DNA from: Azolla caroliniana
Taxonomy: Eukaryota > Plantae > Polypodiophyta
Direction of reading: 5' to 3'
Length of the DNA stretch: 64,000 nucleotides
NCBI GenBank assembly: GCA_043228905.1
Contig: JBHGNT010000014.1
Span: 17,980,001 to 18,044,000, forward strand
The position numbers were made by a program, and so were the translations under genes. Shown here in pieces: positions 25,797-37,194 of this stretch; within the stretch, counting starts at the first letter, position 1; each line of letters opens with the position of its first letter. Under the pieces are notes generated by a model, which saw nothing but the letters and a program-made list of their open reading frames with translations, made no database searches and had not been told where the DNA came from.

Positions 25797-28700
25797 TGTA
25801 AGGAATAAACCCTTCTATTCTTCTCCGCCGCTCGGCCACAACCGAGTAATCGCGAATCAATGCAGCAGAAAATAGGAAATACAGAGAAAGACACGATGCA
25901 CAGGGATTAACGTGGAAAACCCTATACGGGAAAAACCACGGGAGTGCGAGACTCCACAACCAAACTATGCACAGAGAAATATACAGTGGTGAGCTGCAAG
26001 GCAACGACCTTGAGCTCGCTTTCTTCGCCACAGGCGGCGGTATTACACAGAGGCGTTGTCCTCTTCCTCTCTCACGCTCTATCTCTCTCACGGTTGCTCT
26101 CTCTCTTCACTCCTCTAAAGTGGAAAAACAGAAAAATGAGAAGCAACAGTAAAACTGTTTGCCCTAAGTCATATTTATACTTATATGACTTTGGGCTATT
26201 TACAACTATAGCCTCAGGGGCCCATAGCGAACATATTCACGGATATGTCCCTGCATCCGGATCGTTCTCCGGGTACATTCGTCATCCGGTACCGAAACCG
26301 GGGTCTTCGTCATCCGGATCCGAAACCGAAACCGGGCTTGTCGGCATTCATCTTCGATATCCGACCATCCCATCCGAAAGGGACCGAAATCCCAACAAAC
26401 TCCCCCTTCACTTCGGCATGGGATGTCTCTCCAATCCGATCCTCTTCCGGCATGCTTCCAGCTTGTCGGGTGTGAGGACCTTGGTCAGCATATCCGACCC
26501 GTTCTCGTCCGTGTGGATCTTTGTCAGCACGAACTCCTTGTCTTCTATCCTTTCCCGGATCCAGTGATATCTTCGCTGGATGTGCTTCGTCCGGGAGTGA
26601 TAGGCCGCGTTCTTCGCAAGGTGGATTGCACTCTGACTGTCGCAGTAGAGTCGGTACTCCTCCTGTTGGATACCGAGCTCTCTAATGAAGTCCTTCATCC
26701 ATATTATTTCCTTGCCGGCTTCAACAGCCGCCATGTACTCCGCCTCCGTGGTTGACAACGCAACCGTCTTCTGCAGCCTCGACTGCCATGAAACAGCTCC
26801 CCCTGCATACGTCATCACATACCCTGATGTGGACCGGCTGGTATCTGCATCAGCCGACATATCCGAATCGGTGAAACCGTCGAGTTCGGGTTTACCGGAG
26901 CCGAATCGGAGGCACACATTCGCTGTGCCCTTCAGGTATCGGAGTATCCACTTGACCGCGTTCCAATGCTCTTTGCCGGGATTGCTCATGTACCGGCTCA
27001 CCACTCCGACTGCATATCCTATGTCCGGTCTCGTACACACCATGGCGTACATCAAGCTCCCGACGGCCGAGGCATACGGCACTTTCATCATATCCTCCTT
27101 TTCAGCCTTTGTCTTGGGACTTTGCTTGCTGGACAGCTTGCAGTTTGCCGGGAGGGTCGATCCGACCGATCTTGCTTCCGACATGTTGAACCGGTGAAGC
27201 ACCTTCGTCACGTACTTCTCCTGTGACAGCCACAACTGCTTCTTCTTCCGGTCCCGGATGATGTGCATCCCTAGTATTTGCCTCGCCGGACCCAGGTCCT
27301 TCATTGAGAAGGTTCGGTGAAGAGCCTTCTTCAGCATCCGTATCTTGACCTGGTCCCGTCCGACGATCAACATGTCGTCCACGTACAGGAGGAGTATTAG
27401 GAAGTCTCCTCCTTCGAACTTCTTCACAAACACGCAGTGGTCGGACTGCGTTTTGAGGTACCCTTCGTCGGTCATGAAGGAGTCGAATTTCCGGTACCAT
27501 TGCCGGGGAGCCTGCTTCAGTCCGTAAAGGCTCTTCTTCAACCGGCATACCAGGTGCTCCTTCCCTTTCTTCTCGAATCCTTCCGGTTGCTGCATGTAGA
27601 TCTCTTCATCGAGGTCACCGTGAAGGAATGCCGTCTTCACGTCCATCTGTTCTACCTCGAGGTCCATGCTTGCCGCTATGCTCAGCACCGTCCGGATGGA
27701 GGTCATCTTCACTACCGGGGCAAATATCTCGTCGAAGTCGACGCCCTTCTTTTGCTGAAACCCCTTCACCACGATCCTGGCTTTGTATCTCGGGGGGTTT
27801 CCGGCATCTCCCGGTTTCAGCTTGAACACCCACTTGTTTCGAAGTGCCCGCTTTCCTTTCGGCAACTCCACAAGTTCATATGTGTGGTTCTCATGCAGGG
27901 AATCCATCTCGTCCTGCATGGCACTCAACCACATGCGGCTCTGGGTGTTATGCTTTGCTTCTTCAATGCTCTCCGGCTCCCCCTCGTCGGTTAGCAGCAC
28001 GTGCTCTGGTTCCGGAAATCTCCGAGGGGCCCTTCTCTCTCTTAGAGGATATCTCCGTTCCGGAGCTTCGGTGACCGGTTCTTCCGATTCTTCTTCATCC
28101 GAATCCATTTCGGGATCGGGGCCGGTTCCGGTATCGTTTTCATCTTCTTCGGCCGGTTCTGTTTCTTCACCGTCTTCGGCCGGATCCTCGAGTGCTAACC
28201 GGTCCCTTGCCGGTCGGGACTGCTCCTCGTAGAGTTTATCCTCACCGGTCGACTTGGAGCTCTTCATCTTCTTCTCCGACTCCCAGTCGGCGAGTGTCTT
28301 GTCCTCCATGAAGATGATGTCTCGACTCCTGAATATCTTCTTGTCGACCGGGTCCCATACTCGGTAGCCGAACTCGTCATCGCCGTAACCGAGGAATATG
28401 CATGGCCGGGTCTTTGGATCTAGCTTTCCTCTCCGGTCCTTTGCCACATGCACGTATGCGAGACACCCGAACACCTTCAGATGCCGGTAGGACACTTCCT
28501 TACCGGTCCACACTTTCTGCGGCGTGTCTCCGTCCAAAGGTACTGAGGGTGATCGGTTTATCACATATGTCGCCGTCGACATTGCCTCAGCCCAAAACCC
28601 CTTGGGTAATTTCGCATGCGCCAGCATACTCCGGACCCTCTCCATTATGGTCCGGTTCATCCTCTCGGCCAGCCCGTTCAGTTCCGGCGTCTTCGGCACA

Positions 28701-31111
28701 GTAAACTCGAGTCGGATTCCCTTCGAGCGACAGTACTCCTGGAACTGTCCCCGGTATTCCCCTCCGTTATCCGCTCGTATCGCTTTCAGCTTCTTGCCGG
28801 ATTCTCTTTCCACTCTCGCGTGGAGTTCTTTGAAGACGGACAATACTTGGTCCTTTGTCTTCATCGGTGCCGACCACAGTCTTCGGCTATGATCATCTAT
28901 AAAAGTTACGAAGTACTGGGCTCTGCCATGTGACTTCGTTTCTACCTGACACACATCGGTGTGCACCAACTCCAATGGTGCGCTACGTCTCGTCGGTGGC
29001 CTTGAGTGGAAGGAGGCTCGGTTCTGCTTACCGGCCAGGCAATCGGTGCACTTCTCCAGGTGCACGTGCTTCACTGGAATAAGGTTGTCTTCTGCAAGCC
29101 TCTTCATCCCCTTCTCACTCATGTGGCACAGTCTTTTGTGCCACAGCTCACCGGCAGTGTCGGCTGCCACATTCAGCTCTTCCGGACATAACCAGGCATT
29201 CATCAGGTACAGTGTGTTGACCTTCCGGGCCCGAGCCACTATCAAGCTCCCCTTGCTGAACTTCATGACACCGTTCCGGATGCTACCCGAGTAGCCTTCA
29301 TCATCTAGCCTCCCGGCCGAAATCAGGTTCAGTCGGACCTCAGGAACGTGTCGGACATTCTTCAGCAGCATTTTGCATCCGGTCGGGGTTTTCAACCACA
29401 CGTCTCCTATGCCGGCAATCCGGCACGTACCTTCGTTTCCCATCCGAACACAGCCATGCTCGCCGGCTGTGTAGGATGAGAAGTATCTTCTCTCCGGGGT
29501 CAGGTGGAACGATGCTCCGGAATCGACCACCCAGGTCGTCTCGTCGCCGGCAATGTTTAGTTCACCTTCTTCGGTGATGAGCATGATCTCCTCTTCACTT
29601 GCCGCGAGTGCCGTCGTTCCTCTCCGGTCCTGTCCTCGCCGATCCGAACCATTCCGGTCCGTGGCTCCCCGGTACGCACCGTTTCTCTCCGGTGACTTCT
29701 TCGAATCGGTGTTGTCGGTTCCATTGTCTTTTCGGTAATGCCGACAATTCTTTCGGAAGTGCCCCGGCTTCCCACAGTGGAAGCATGTGGGCCTTCCTCT
29801 TGACTGCGACCGGGTCCCCGACTTCTCCCGTCTTTGCGGACTCCGGTTCCATTGTCTTCCCCGATCCGATTCGGTAAACAACATCTTCGGGTCGGAGGCC
29901 GGTTCCTTATCTCTCCGACGCGCTTCTTCATTCAAAATACTTGTCTTTACCGTTTGTAAGGACAAGTTATCTTCGGTGCAGGAGGTGCTGAGAGTTACCA
30001 CCAAGTTTTCCCAGCTTTCCGGCAATGTACACATCAGAATGATGGCTTGCATTGCATCCTCCAGCGGGAACTTGATCGCCGCAAGCTGGTTCACGAATCC
30101 CATGAACGTGCTTACGTGTTCCACCATACTCTCGCCGTCCCGGTACTTGAGATTCACTATCTTCCTCATCAGGGAGGTCCGGTTCAACGCATTCTTCCTC
30201 TCGTAGAGGCCCGACAGCTTCCGCCACATCTCATATGCGTTGGTGTCGTTCGCCACATGTTGTAGAACACTCACGTCGACGTACTGCCGAATGGTTGCAA
30301 CGGCTTTCCGGTTCAGAAGCCTCCATTCCGACTCAAGTACCCCCTTCGGTATTTCCGACCTGTCAATCGGTTCGTACAGGTCCCGAACAATCAGAAGATC
30401 CTCCATCTTGATCTTCCAGTCGGCGTAATTCTGCGCATTCAGCACCATCATCCCCGGCTGCCCGCTGCCGCCGCCTTCCATTTTCTGCAACAGTCGCTCT
30501 GATACCAGATTGTAAGGAATAAACCCTTCTATTCTTCTCCGCCGCTCGGCCACAACCGAGTAATCGCGAATCAATGCAGCAGAAAATAGGAAATACAGAG
30601 AAAGACACGATGCACAGGGATTAACGTGGAAAACCCTATACGGGAAAAACCACGGGAGTGCGAGACTCCACAACCAAACTATGCACAGAGAAATATACAG
30701 TGGTGAGCTGCAAGGCAACGACCTTGAGCTCGCTTTCTTCGCCACAGGCGGCGGTATTACACAGAGGCGTTGTCCTCTTCCTCTCTCACGCTCTATCTCT
30801 CTCACGGCTGCTCTCTCTCTTCACTCCTCTAAAGTGGAAAAACAGAAAAATGAGAAGCAACAGTAAAACTGTTTGCCCTAAGTCATATTTATACTTATAT
30901 GACTTTGGGCTATTTACAACTATAGCCTCAGGGGCCCATAGCGAACATATTCACGGATATGTCCCTGCATCCGGATCGTTCTCCGGGTACATTCGTCATC
31001 CGGTACCGAAACCGGGGTCTTCGTCATCCGGATCCGAAACCGAAACCGGGCTTGTCGGCATTCATCTTCGATATCCGACCATCCCATCCGAAAGGGACCG
31101 AAATCCCAACA
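25797..31111 (-). mobile_element. Intact young Ty1/Copia (Tnt1/Tto1-like): 601-bp LTRs 30511-31111 and 25797-26397, tRNA-iMet PBS 30496-30507, PPT ~26398-26408, TSD CAATC
   Basis: CAATC at 25792-25796 and 31112-31116; TGGTATCAGAGC; AGGGGGAG PPT; only one LTR mismatch noticed. Confidence 0.97.
26408..30481 (-). CDS. gag-pol: Copia gag-pol polyprotein, 1357 aa, uninterrupted
   Basis: Starts MEGGGSG just after the PBS; CFHCGKPGHFRKNC, VDSGAS, WHKRLCH..CTDC, DNGGEY, YVDD, RTKHI. Confidence 0.95.
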   Translation of the reverse strand: MEGGGSGQPGMMVLNAQNYADWKIKMEDLLIVRDLYEPIDRSEIPKGVLESEWRLLNRKAVATIRQYVDVSVLQHVANDTNAYEMWRKLSGLYERKNALNRTSLMRKIVNLKYRDGESMVEHVSTFMGFVNQLAAIKFPLEDAMQAIILMCTLPESWENLVVTLSTSCTEDNLSLQTVKTSILNEEARRRDKEPASDPKMLFTESDRGRQWNRSPQRREKSGTRSQSRGRPTCFHCGKPGHFRKNCRHYRKDNGTDNTDSKKSPERNGAYRGATDRNGSDRRGQDRRGTTALAASEEEIMLITEEGELNIAGDETTWVVDSGASFHLTPERRYFSSYTAGEHGCVRMGNEGTCRIAGIGDVWLKTPTGCKMLLKNVRHVPEVRLNLISAGRLDDEGYSGSIRNGVMKFSKGSLIVARARKVNTLYLMNAWLCPEELNVAADTAGELWHKRLCHMSEKGMKRLAEDNLIPVKHVHLEKCTDCLAGKQNRASFHSRPPTRRSAPLELVHTDVCQVETKSHGRAQYFVTFIDDHSRRLWSAPMKTKDQVLSVFKELHARVERESGKKLKAIRADNGGEYRGQFQEYCRSKGIRLEFTVPKTPELNGLAERMNRTIMERVRSMLAHAKLPKGFWAEAMSTATYVINRSPSVPLDGDTPQKVWTGKEVSYRHLKVFGCLAYVHVAKDRRGKLDPKTRPCIFLGYGDDEFGYRVWDPVDKKIFRSRDIIFMEDKTLADWESEKKMKSSKSTGEDKLYEEQSRPARDRLALEDPAEDGEETEPAEEDENDTGTGPDPEMDSDEEESEEPVTEAPERRYPLRERRAPRRFPEPEHVLLTDEGEPESIEEAKHNTQSRMWLSAMQDEMDSLHENHTYELVELPKGKRALRNKWVFKLKPGDAGNPPRYKARIVVKGFQQKKGVDFDEIFAPVVKMTSIRTVLSIAASMDLEVEQMDVKTAFLHGDLDEEIYMQQPEGFEKKGKEHLVCRLKKSLYGLKQAPRQWYRKFDSFMTDEGYLKTQSDHCVFVKKFEGGDFLILLLYVDDMLIVGRDQVKIRMLKKALHRTFSMKDLGPARQILGMHIIRDRKKKQLWLSQEKYVTKVLHRFNMSEARSVGSTLPANCKLSSKQSPKTKAEKEDMMKVPYASAVGSLMYAMVCTRPDIGYAVGVVSRYMSNPGKEHWNAVKWILRYLKGTANVCLRFGSGKPELDGFTDSDMSADADTSRSTSGYVMTYAGGAVSWQSRLQKTVALSTTEAEYMAAVEAGKEIIWMKDFIRELGIQQEEYRLYCDSQSAIHLAKNAAYHSRTKHIQRRYHWIRERIEDKEFVLTKIHTDENGSDMLTKVLTPDKLEACRKRIGLERHPMPK

Positions 31112-31296
31112 CAATCAAGCCCCGCCTGAGCTCGATTCTCCAATGTCCTGAGTTTCAGCTCCGATGCCGATCTTGCCAAACTCGTTCCAAACCTTTGATC
31201 ACCTTCCTTCTCCATTTCCCGACCTTCGCCTAGTCGGTCTTTCTCCCCATGTAAAAGAGGGCGGCTCGTCCCGCACCCTCTCCCGTATCGGCACCT

Positions 31297-32715
31297 TTAT
31301 GCCGATTCTGGCCGGATTACACTCCATCCGAATCGGAATGCCGATCTTCTCGTACCGCTTCCGTCCTCGGCCTCCTCGCAAGCCGTTCCCCATGCATCTT
31401 CGATGGCATCGTGCCAGGACTCCTCGGTACCGCCATCCATCTCCTCGGTCTTACATGGGCATACGGGCCCGAATGCCGAGATCTCCGGAATCGGGTCCGT
31501 GGGCTTTCGTCCACTCCTTCCCCGTATCGTCTCGCCGGTGCTTCTTGGTCTTTCGCCGCCGCCTTCCTTCGCTTGGGACTCACGTGGGCACTCGGGCCCG
31601 ACTGCCATCATCTCGGGAGCAAGTGTGGGAAGACACAAAGAATCGCCCGTCCGTTTTACGCCCTTGTCCGTAGCCACCGACTCTTCGTGGTCGACGGTCG
31701 TCTTTTTACCGATCGCGCAAGCCCCGCCTGGGCTTGCTTCTCCGTTATCCGGGGTTTCGGGCTGACACGCCCAAAACCGCTGGTCCCAATTATCCGGTTC
31801 CACGATCTGTATCTCGGCCTCGTCCTTGGCCGTTCTATCTCCGCAAGTCAAGAGGGTGTTTTGTTCCGCACCCTCTCCCGTGATACCGTCGTACCAATCT
31901 TCCGTCGTCGCGTGGGGCAAGTCCGTCTCCTCAGTCTCGGCTTGCGGCCTTGATCTTTCCTCTTCCTCGAGCATCGCCTCGAGAGCTGCGTACGCCTCCG
32001 CAATCCTGGCCCCAACGCCGACCCTTGCCAACTCCCTTTGTCGTTCGACCTCTTCCCGTTGTGATGGCACGCGGTCGCGCGCCTTCCTCTTAGCCTTTTC
32101 GGCTCGCTCATCATCTAGCTGTTGGCACACCCTTCCGACCTTCGACCAGTCCTCCGTAAGCCCATTCACCCTGTCATCGTCTTCGAGCTCAATCCCGATG
32201 GCCTCCCGTTCCGCTCGGTCGATCAACCTGACGAACAATAGGACCTTGTCCGCCCCCACCAAACCTTGTTCCCGCTCCGGGAGCCGAGCAAGCCGTCGCT
32301 CGAACTCTCGGAACGCCTTGGTCGCGCCCCGATGGGTCTTTGCCGATGCTACCCACTGGTCAAAGTCGTGTTGTCCCCGGCTCTTCCGCCGTCCTCCGTA
32401 TGCTTTCAGGAGCGCCTCTTCGAAGGCCTCCCACGAACTATGAGCCTCACAGAGCTCCTTTACTTCCGCATGCTTCCGGACAACTACGACTCGACAGAAG
32501 AACCCCAGCCTCAAAGCCTCGTCTACGCCACGCTCCTCCATTTCCGCGTTGTAGGCTTCCAAGTAAGATGGGACTTTGTCCCCGTTGAAACGGCCGACTC
32601 TTTCGACCACTCACTCAACCGCTTGTTGCGCTGCTTCTCGCCTCATCACCACTCGTGCCGACTCCAACACCACTTCGGCCACCATCGCCGCGAGGTCGTC
32701 GTCTTCCGACTCCAT
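31297..32715 (-). pseudogene. gag: Gag-like ORF of the non-autonomous element (one TGA at 32611-32613) with an acidic low-complexity tail
   Basis: GRFNGDKVPSYLEAYNAEM...FREFERRLARL...KVLLFVR...LTEDW homologous to the autonomous gag N-half; no knuckle or protease. Confidence 0.75.
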
Positions 32716-33502
32716 CCTCCCTTGCCGCCTTTCACGTCGGGTTCACCAAAGATTTCTCGTTGTTACGCGCGTGCGTGGAGAAAGGCGGGACCACGGGGGT
32801 CTTCGACTAGGGAGGGACAGAGCGTAGGAAGTCGTGCTTCACCGTTTCCGGGGGATCCCAGAAGAACACTGGAAGCGACCGAAGGGAGAGAGAGAAAGAG
32901 AGGGAGCGCGCGCTTAACACCGACTCACGCACACACACGCACACACACACATGCCGACCCGACTCACGCCCTTATGTACAGGAAACGCAGGAAAGGGGAA
33001 GCACCTGACACCAACAGAGACGCGAATATACACAGACAGACGCAAATGTATATATATAAAAGGGAGAATACATTCCCGGCTTCGAGCCGGACCAAGGTAG
33101 TTTACAATAGTCGTCAGCTGCCAAGCCGTCGGTCGGGGAGCTCACGGGCTCGTCGCGCCGAGCGGGGTCTTGCGCAGGAGAGGAGCTGAAGCAAACCCTA
33201 AGTGAACACGAAAGGGAAGAAGAAGAAAAAAAAAAAAAATGTAACTAACCCTAAATCTAACGGTATACCCTCTAACGCAAGAAAATGGGCAACCCCTTCT
33301 CAAAGGGCGCTCCCTTCCTTTTATAGAACAAGGAGAGGGATGCGTTACAATGTGGGATAAATCCCGACTTGACTACTCTTCGGCGCCATAAAGGCGCCCT
33401 CGTTATTCACACTAAATGTACATGGGTGCGTACACACGCTGCACCCCGCCGATGTAGCCAATGTTTCCCGGTTTCCGCCTCTAGCCGAAATTCTTCACGA
33501 CA

Positions 33503-34456
33503 ACGTCGTAAAAGACGATTTTGGGACTCATCTCAATATTGGGAACTCTACCACATGCTCATGAGTAGGGATTGTGCCCTTGCATGGATGCGACTACGGA
33601 AACCAAGACCACAAACACCCATCGAGGATCCCAACCACCCATTCCAATGCCTTCCACACCTCGACCTACCACGGGGGCACTTTTATTGACCTCTAGGGTC
33701 ATGAAGGTCATAAAAAAATTACAACATAGGAAGTCCATAGACCACACAGGATTGCGAGCCAAACACATAATATATGCTCAAGAGTGCCTAGCTCCTTTTC
33801 TCACTCTAATCTTCAATTGCGCCCTCGCCAAGGGATTTCCACCACAATGGATCATGAACACAGTGGCCCCTATACATAAAGGAGGGGACCCAATGGACCC
33901 AAATACATATAGGACCATTATGATAGGTCATATGCTTGCTAAACTATATGGTGCAATAATGGAAGCAGAGCTCAATGATTATATGGAGACATTAAGCCTT
34001 CGAGCACCTGAGTAGGCTGCCTTTAGACGAGCCTTCTCCACTATTGACCATATCGTCACACTTAGATGCTTAATTGACTAGACGAAGGCTCGCAAGAAGA
34101 AATTATATTGTTGCTTTGTGGACTTCCGCAAAGCCATTGACATAGTTCTGAGGGAGCGGTTGTTTGATAGCCTTAGAAGCTTGGAGATACCAAATGACAT
34201 GATTTGGGCCATCTATGCTCTATATGAGCAAGTCTCTAGGTGCGTCAGATGCCTAGGTGGCCTCTCTGATTGCTTCACCAACACCATTGGCGTAAAACAG
34301 GGTTGCCCCCTATCATCGACTCTTTTTGGGATCTACATTGATGAGATCACTGATTTTATTGCTCGTAAGGGAAGCATAGTAACTTAGTCTCTTACTCTAT
34401 GTTGATGACATAGTTAGTGAATCTAATGAAAATTAAAGCCCTTATCTTTCACACAT
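33503..34456 (+). pseudogene. LINE reverse transcriptase region
   Basis: PIHKGGDPMDPNTYRTIM, DFRKAID, GVKQGCPLSSTLF; stops present. Confidence 0.85.
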
Positions 34457-35602
34457 TGTCGTGAAGATCCGTCACTACGTGCGGATCGTGAGGCAGAACC
34501 GTCGGGGTTCTAGACCAGAAGGATTCGAAGTTGCACTAGCTTTAGCGAGAAAGGAATTAAGATAGCTTGGAAGAGAGAGATATTGAGATAAGATAGAACG
34601 CTTGATTTTAGATGGAGAGAGCTTGAGATTGGACCCTTAACTTTAGGAAATAAGAAACAAGATACACCATCAATTGGAGAACAAGTTTTCTTCTTCTTAA
34701 ATTCTTGAATCATACATAGCATACTTTTGATCTTTTTCATCCATCCTTTTATAGATGCTCCCATGCATATGATACATGCGGGTACAAGACATGCATACAA
34801 TGCATGGAATGCATGTGATGCATGTTTGCCATTTGGCACTCATGCATCACATGTCACTCAATCAAGCTCTAATATGAGAATTTACATATAAAATATAATG
34901 ATAAGAAAAAAAATTCTAAGGAAATGTTATAGCCTAGTGGTAAGTCTATAGACTCTCAACATGGAGGTGCAAGGATCAAGTCTTGACTTGCACACCTTTT
35001 GAATATATATATATACATATATATGTTTATTATTAATGTATTTTTATAAGGCGTTTCTCCGTCCGGTCGTCATTTCGCCGACTCCGTCGTTGGATCCATC
35101 GCCGGATGTCGGATGTTGTCGGTTACCATCGGTCACCGCCGATTACCGTTGGTCGGTCGTCATCATCACCGTCGTCAGTTACCATCGTCGGATTCGTCCA
35201 AAACATATATTTATATGCATTTGGCTACATCCATTCATTAAGTCATACAACTTAACCTTTCTATGCTCCACACATAGACACAAAGGTAATAGCTTTTGCT
35301 CTGCGTTATATATGGTGGGATCTTTATTTGTCCTGTCTATGTGGGATATTACATATTTTTCTCTTCTTCTTTGCAAACTTCATACCTACATAACTTGACA
35401 CTTAGATGTCCATTTTCGAAGTTTCCTACGTAGTAAAGTACATTCAGAAGCTCTTCAAGACCTCCATCTTTTTGTACCAAGATATTAAACTTATTTAAAA
35501 TAGTATCTTTACTATTATTGTTTTATATTTTGCGATAAGAACCACACTCGATTTCGTATGTTCCTTATAAGTTTCACACTATCGCCGAAAATCTTCACGA
35601 CA
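34457..35602 (-). mobile_element. Solo LTR (1146 bp) of the TGTCGTGAAGA group with 12-bp perfect inverted termini
   Basis: TGTCGTGAAGAT...ATCTTCACGACA; interrupts the LINE; flanks ACAT/TCGT are an imperfect TSD. Confidence 0.7.
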
Positions 35603-36379
35603 TCGTCGTCTCGAGTTAGGAGTAAGTGTCACCTACTCCTCTCTCATACACCAGTTGAGGTAGTTGGATCATATGTATATCTGGGAATCACTTTTACTTC
35701 TCATTTAGGTAAATTCTCAATGACCTAAGCAGCCAAAAATAGCTAACGAGAGGGCATGCATCCCTCTCATTCTTAGAGAGACAATGCCACCATGCATACT
35801 TTCAAGTGCCACAGACTAAGGGATGGCTCTTCGACTCATTAGTGACCCCTTCACTCATGTATGCATCAATAGTATGGGCTCTAGGTCAACCGTCCTTCAT
35901 GTGGACGCAATTAGAGAGACCTTTGGTGATGATGTTATCACGTCAACTCCGAAACAAATCAACAGTACCACATGACATTATTAGAGTAGACTTCAGTCTA
36001 CTCCCAATGTTAGTAGAACCACTATTCCAATTGGTAGTTTTTATTCATAGGAATCTACATAGCCAACCACAAGATAGGATATCCCGTCAAGCTTTTGAGG
36101 CATCCCGACCCGACCGAAGAGAGTAGCTCTTGGTATATCATTGTAGTGCGTTGGTTACTTGCAAATGGCATAGACACCATAGACATTAATAACATATCCC
36201 CCCTTATATACAACCATGGGACTAATCAAACTTTAATCTCTCATGAGGTTCGTAATAAAGTAATACGCCAAGAGGTATGATATAAATGGATCGCCTCACA
36301 AGAGCCACTTCTATCTAAAATGTTGTACTAAAAGGAATATTTCATGCACTTCTCTAAGTAGCTAGGTTTTATTACATGA

Positions 36380-37194
36380 TGTCGTGAAGATTTCTAGCTA
36401 TGGTGAGAAAACCGGGTGAAACAGGCAAAGGTGTCGATGTGTGCAACATGTGCACATGTATATTACGAAATGTGTATAAAATAATAGGGGAGTAATTATC
36501 TCACATTGTAACGCCCCTCCCTCCTTGGGCTATAAAAGGAAGAGAGGGTCCCTTGTAAAGGGCTTGCCCATTTTGAGTTAGGAGGGTATACCGTTAGATC
36601 TAAGGTATGGTAGTTGTCTCTTCCCTTTACCTTTCTTTAGGGTTTTGTAGCTTTCTTCTTCTGACTTTCTTTTAGGGTTTCTTTTAGGTCTTCTTCTTTG
36701 TGTCTGTTTAGGGTTTAGTCCGGTTTAAAGCTCGTATGTCCTCGGGGGTTTCGCTTCCGCTTTGTCTCCTATGCAAGACCCCGCTCGGCGCGACGAGCCT
36801 AAGAGCTCCCCGCTCGGCGGCTTGGCAACAGACAATTGTTGTAACCTAATCTACCTTAGTCTAGCTCAAAGCCGGAGTTGTATCTTGCTCTTGTAAATAT
36901 ATATATATATATATATGAAGGGTTATGCATTTCTGTGTCTCTTTTGGTTTCGGGTGTGTTTCTTTCTTTCCGGTTTCTGTACATAGGAAGCATGTGTTGA
37001 GTCGATGTTGCGTGCGTGTTCTTTTCTCTCTCTTATTTGGTTGCTTCCTGTACGTATCTGGAAACGCTCTGGTCGGTTTCCTAGTCAATCATCGGAAACG
37101 GTGAAGCTCGACCTTTTATGCTTCATCTCTCTCAGATCCAAGACCTCGGTGGTCCCGCCCCGGATCTAACATGTACCCGCGGATTTCCGCGACA
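36380..37194 (+). mobile_element. Solo LTR (815 bp) with 4-bp TSD ATGA
   Basis: TGTCGTGAAGA...CCGCGACA; ATGA on both sides; shares blocks with LTR 8274-8997. Confidence 0.9.

Larger units (their letters stand above)
16012..33502 (-). mobile_element. Full-length gag-only non-autonomous LTR retrotransposon (LTRs 32753-33502 and 16012-16760; TSD ACGT) hosting two nested elements
   Basis: Two highly similar ~750-bp LTRs; ACGT at 16008-16011 and 33503-33506; Trp PBS 32732-32748; PPT 16761-16777; ~4 kb own interior with no RT or INT motifs. Confidence 0.88.

Noticed and set aside
30482-30805. 108-aa N-terminal extension of the Copia polyprotein
   Set aside because: Runs through the LTR and PBS from a non-ATG start; homology begins at the ATG at 30481
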